Below, piece after piece: positions 19,936 through 20,000 of a DNA stretch of 20,000 nucleotides. The DNA is taken from positions 48,808 through 68,807 of the forward strand of contig JADIIX010000119.1 of NCBI GenBank assembly GCA_027604505.1, in the 5' to 3' direction. The position numbers and the translations under genes are program-made. The notes below the pieces were generated by a model, which was given only the letters and a program-made list of their open reading frames with translations, had not been told where the DNA came from and made no database searches. How positions within the stretch are numbered: position 1 is the stretch's first letter; each line of letters starts with the position of its first letter. The stretch comes from Gonapodya sp. JEL0774 (Eukaryota).

Positions 19936-20000
19936 ACTGATAGCAGAAACCACCAACCATTTCACACAACCATGAAATACAATGAGCTCCTTGGTTTAAA

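Overview
Intron-rich eukaryotic DNA with short GT-AG introns. The gene content suggests an early-diverging fungus such as a chytrid (inference). Left to right: (1) a 5'-partial GH18 chitinase preceded by tandem copies of an unfamiliar ~40-aa Cys/Trp module, each needing a 14-nt microexon; (2) a 4-exon RING/TRAF-zinc-finger gene (-); (3) an intronless F-box-like + ankyrin gene broken by a 1-nt insertion inside a hairpin (-); (4) an ANP32-like LRR-cap/acidic fragment; (5) a decayed, possibly glycosyltransferase-like gene; (6) an unknown ORF interrupted by one unit of a local repeat; (7) a non-RD TKL-type kinase fused to NLRC3/RI-like LRRs; (8) an AT-rich tail with three 140-165 bp repeat families and a decayed coiled-coil ORF. 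Item 7 is the most striking. Its LRRs are a 174-bp array of 84-nt phase-1 exons and near-identical 90-nt introns. Variation is concentrated at exon edges and re-assorted between units, making it a candidate exon-shuffling, diversifying immune-type receptor. All gene models were hand-spliced from sequence only.
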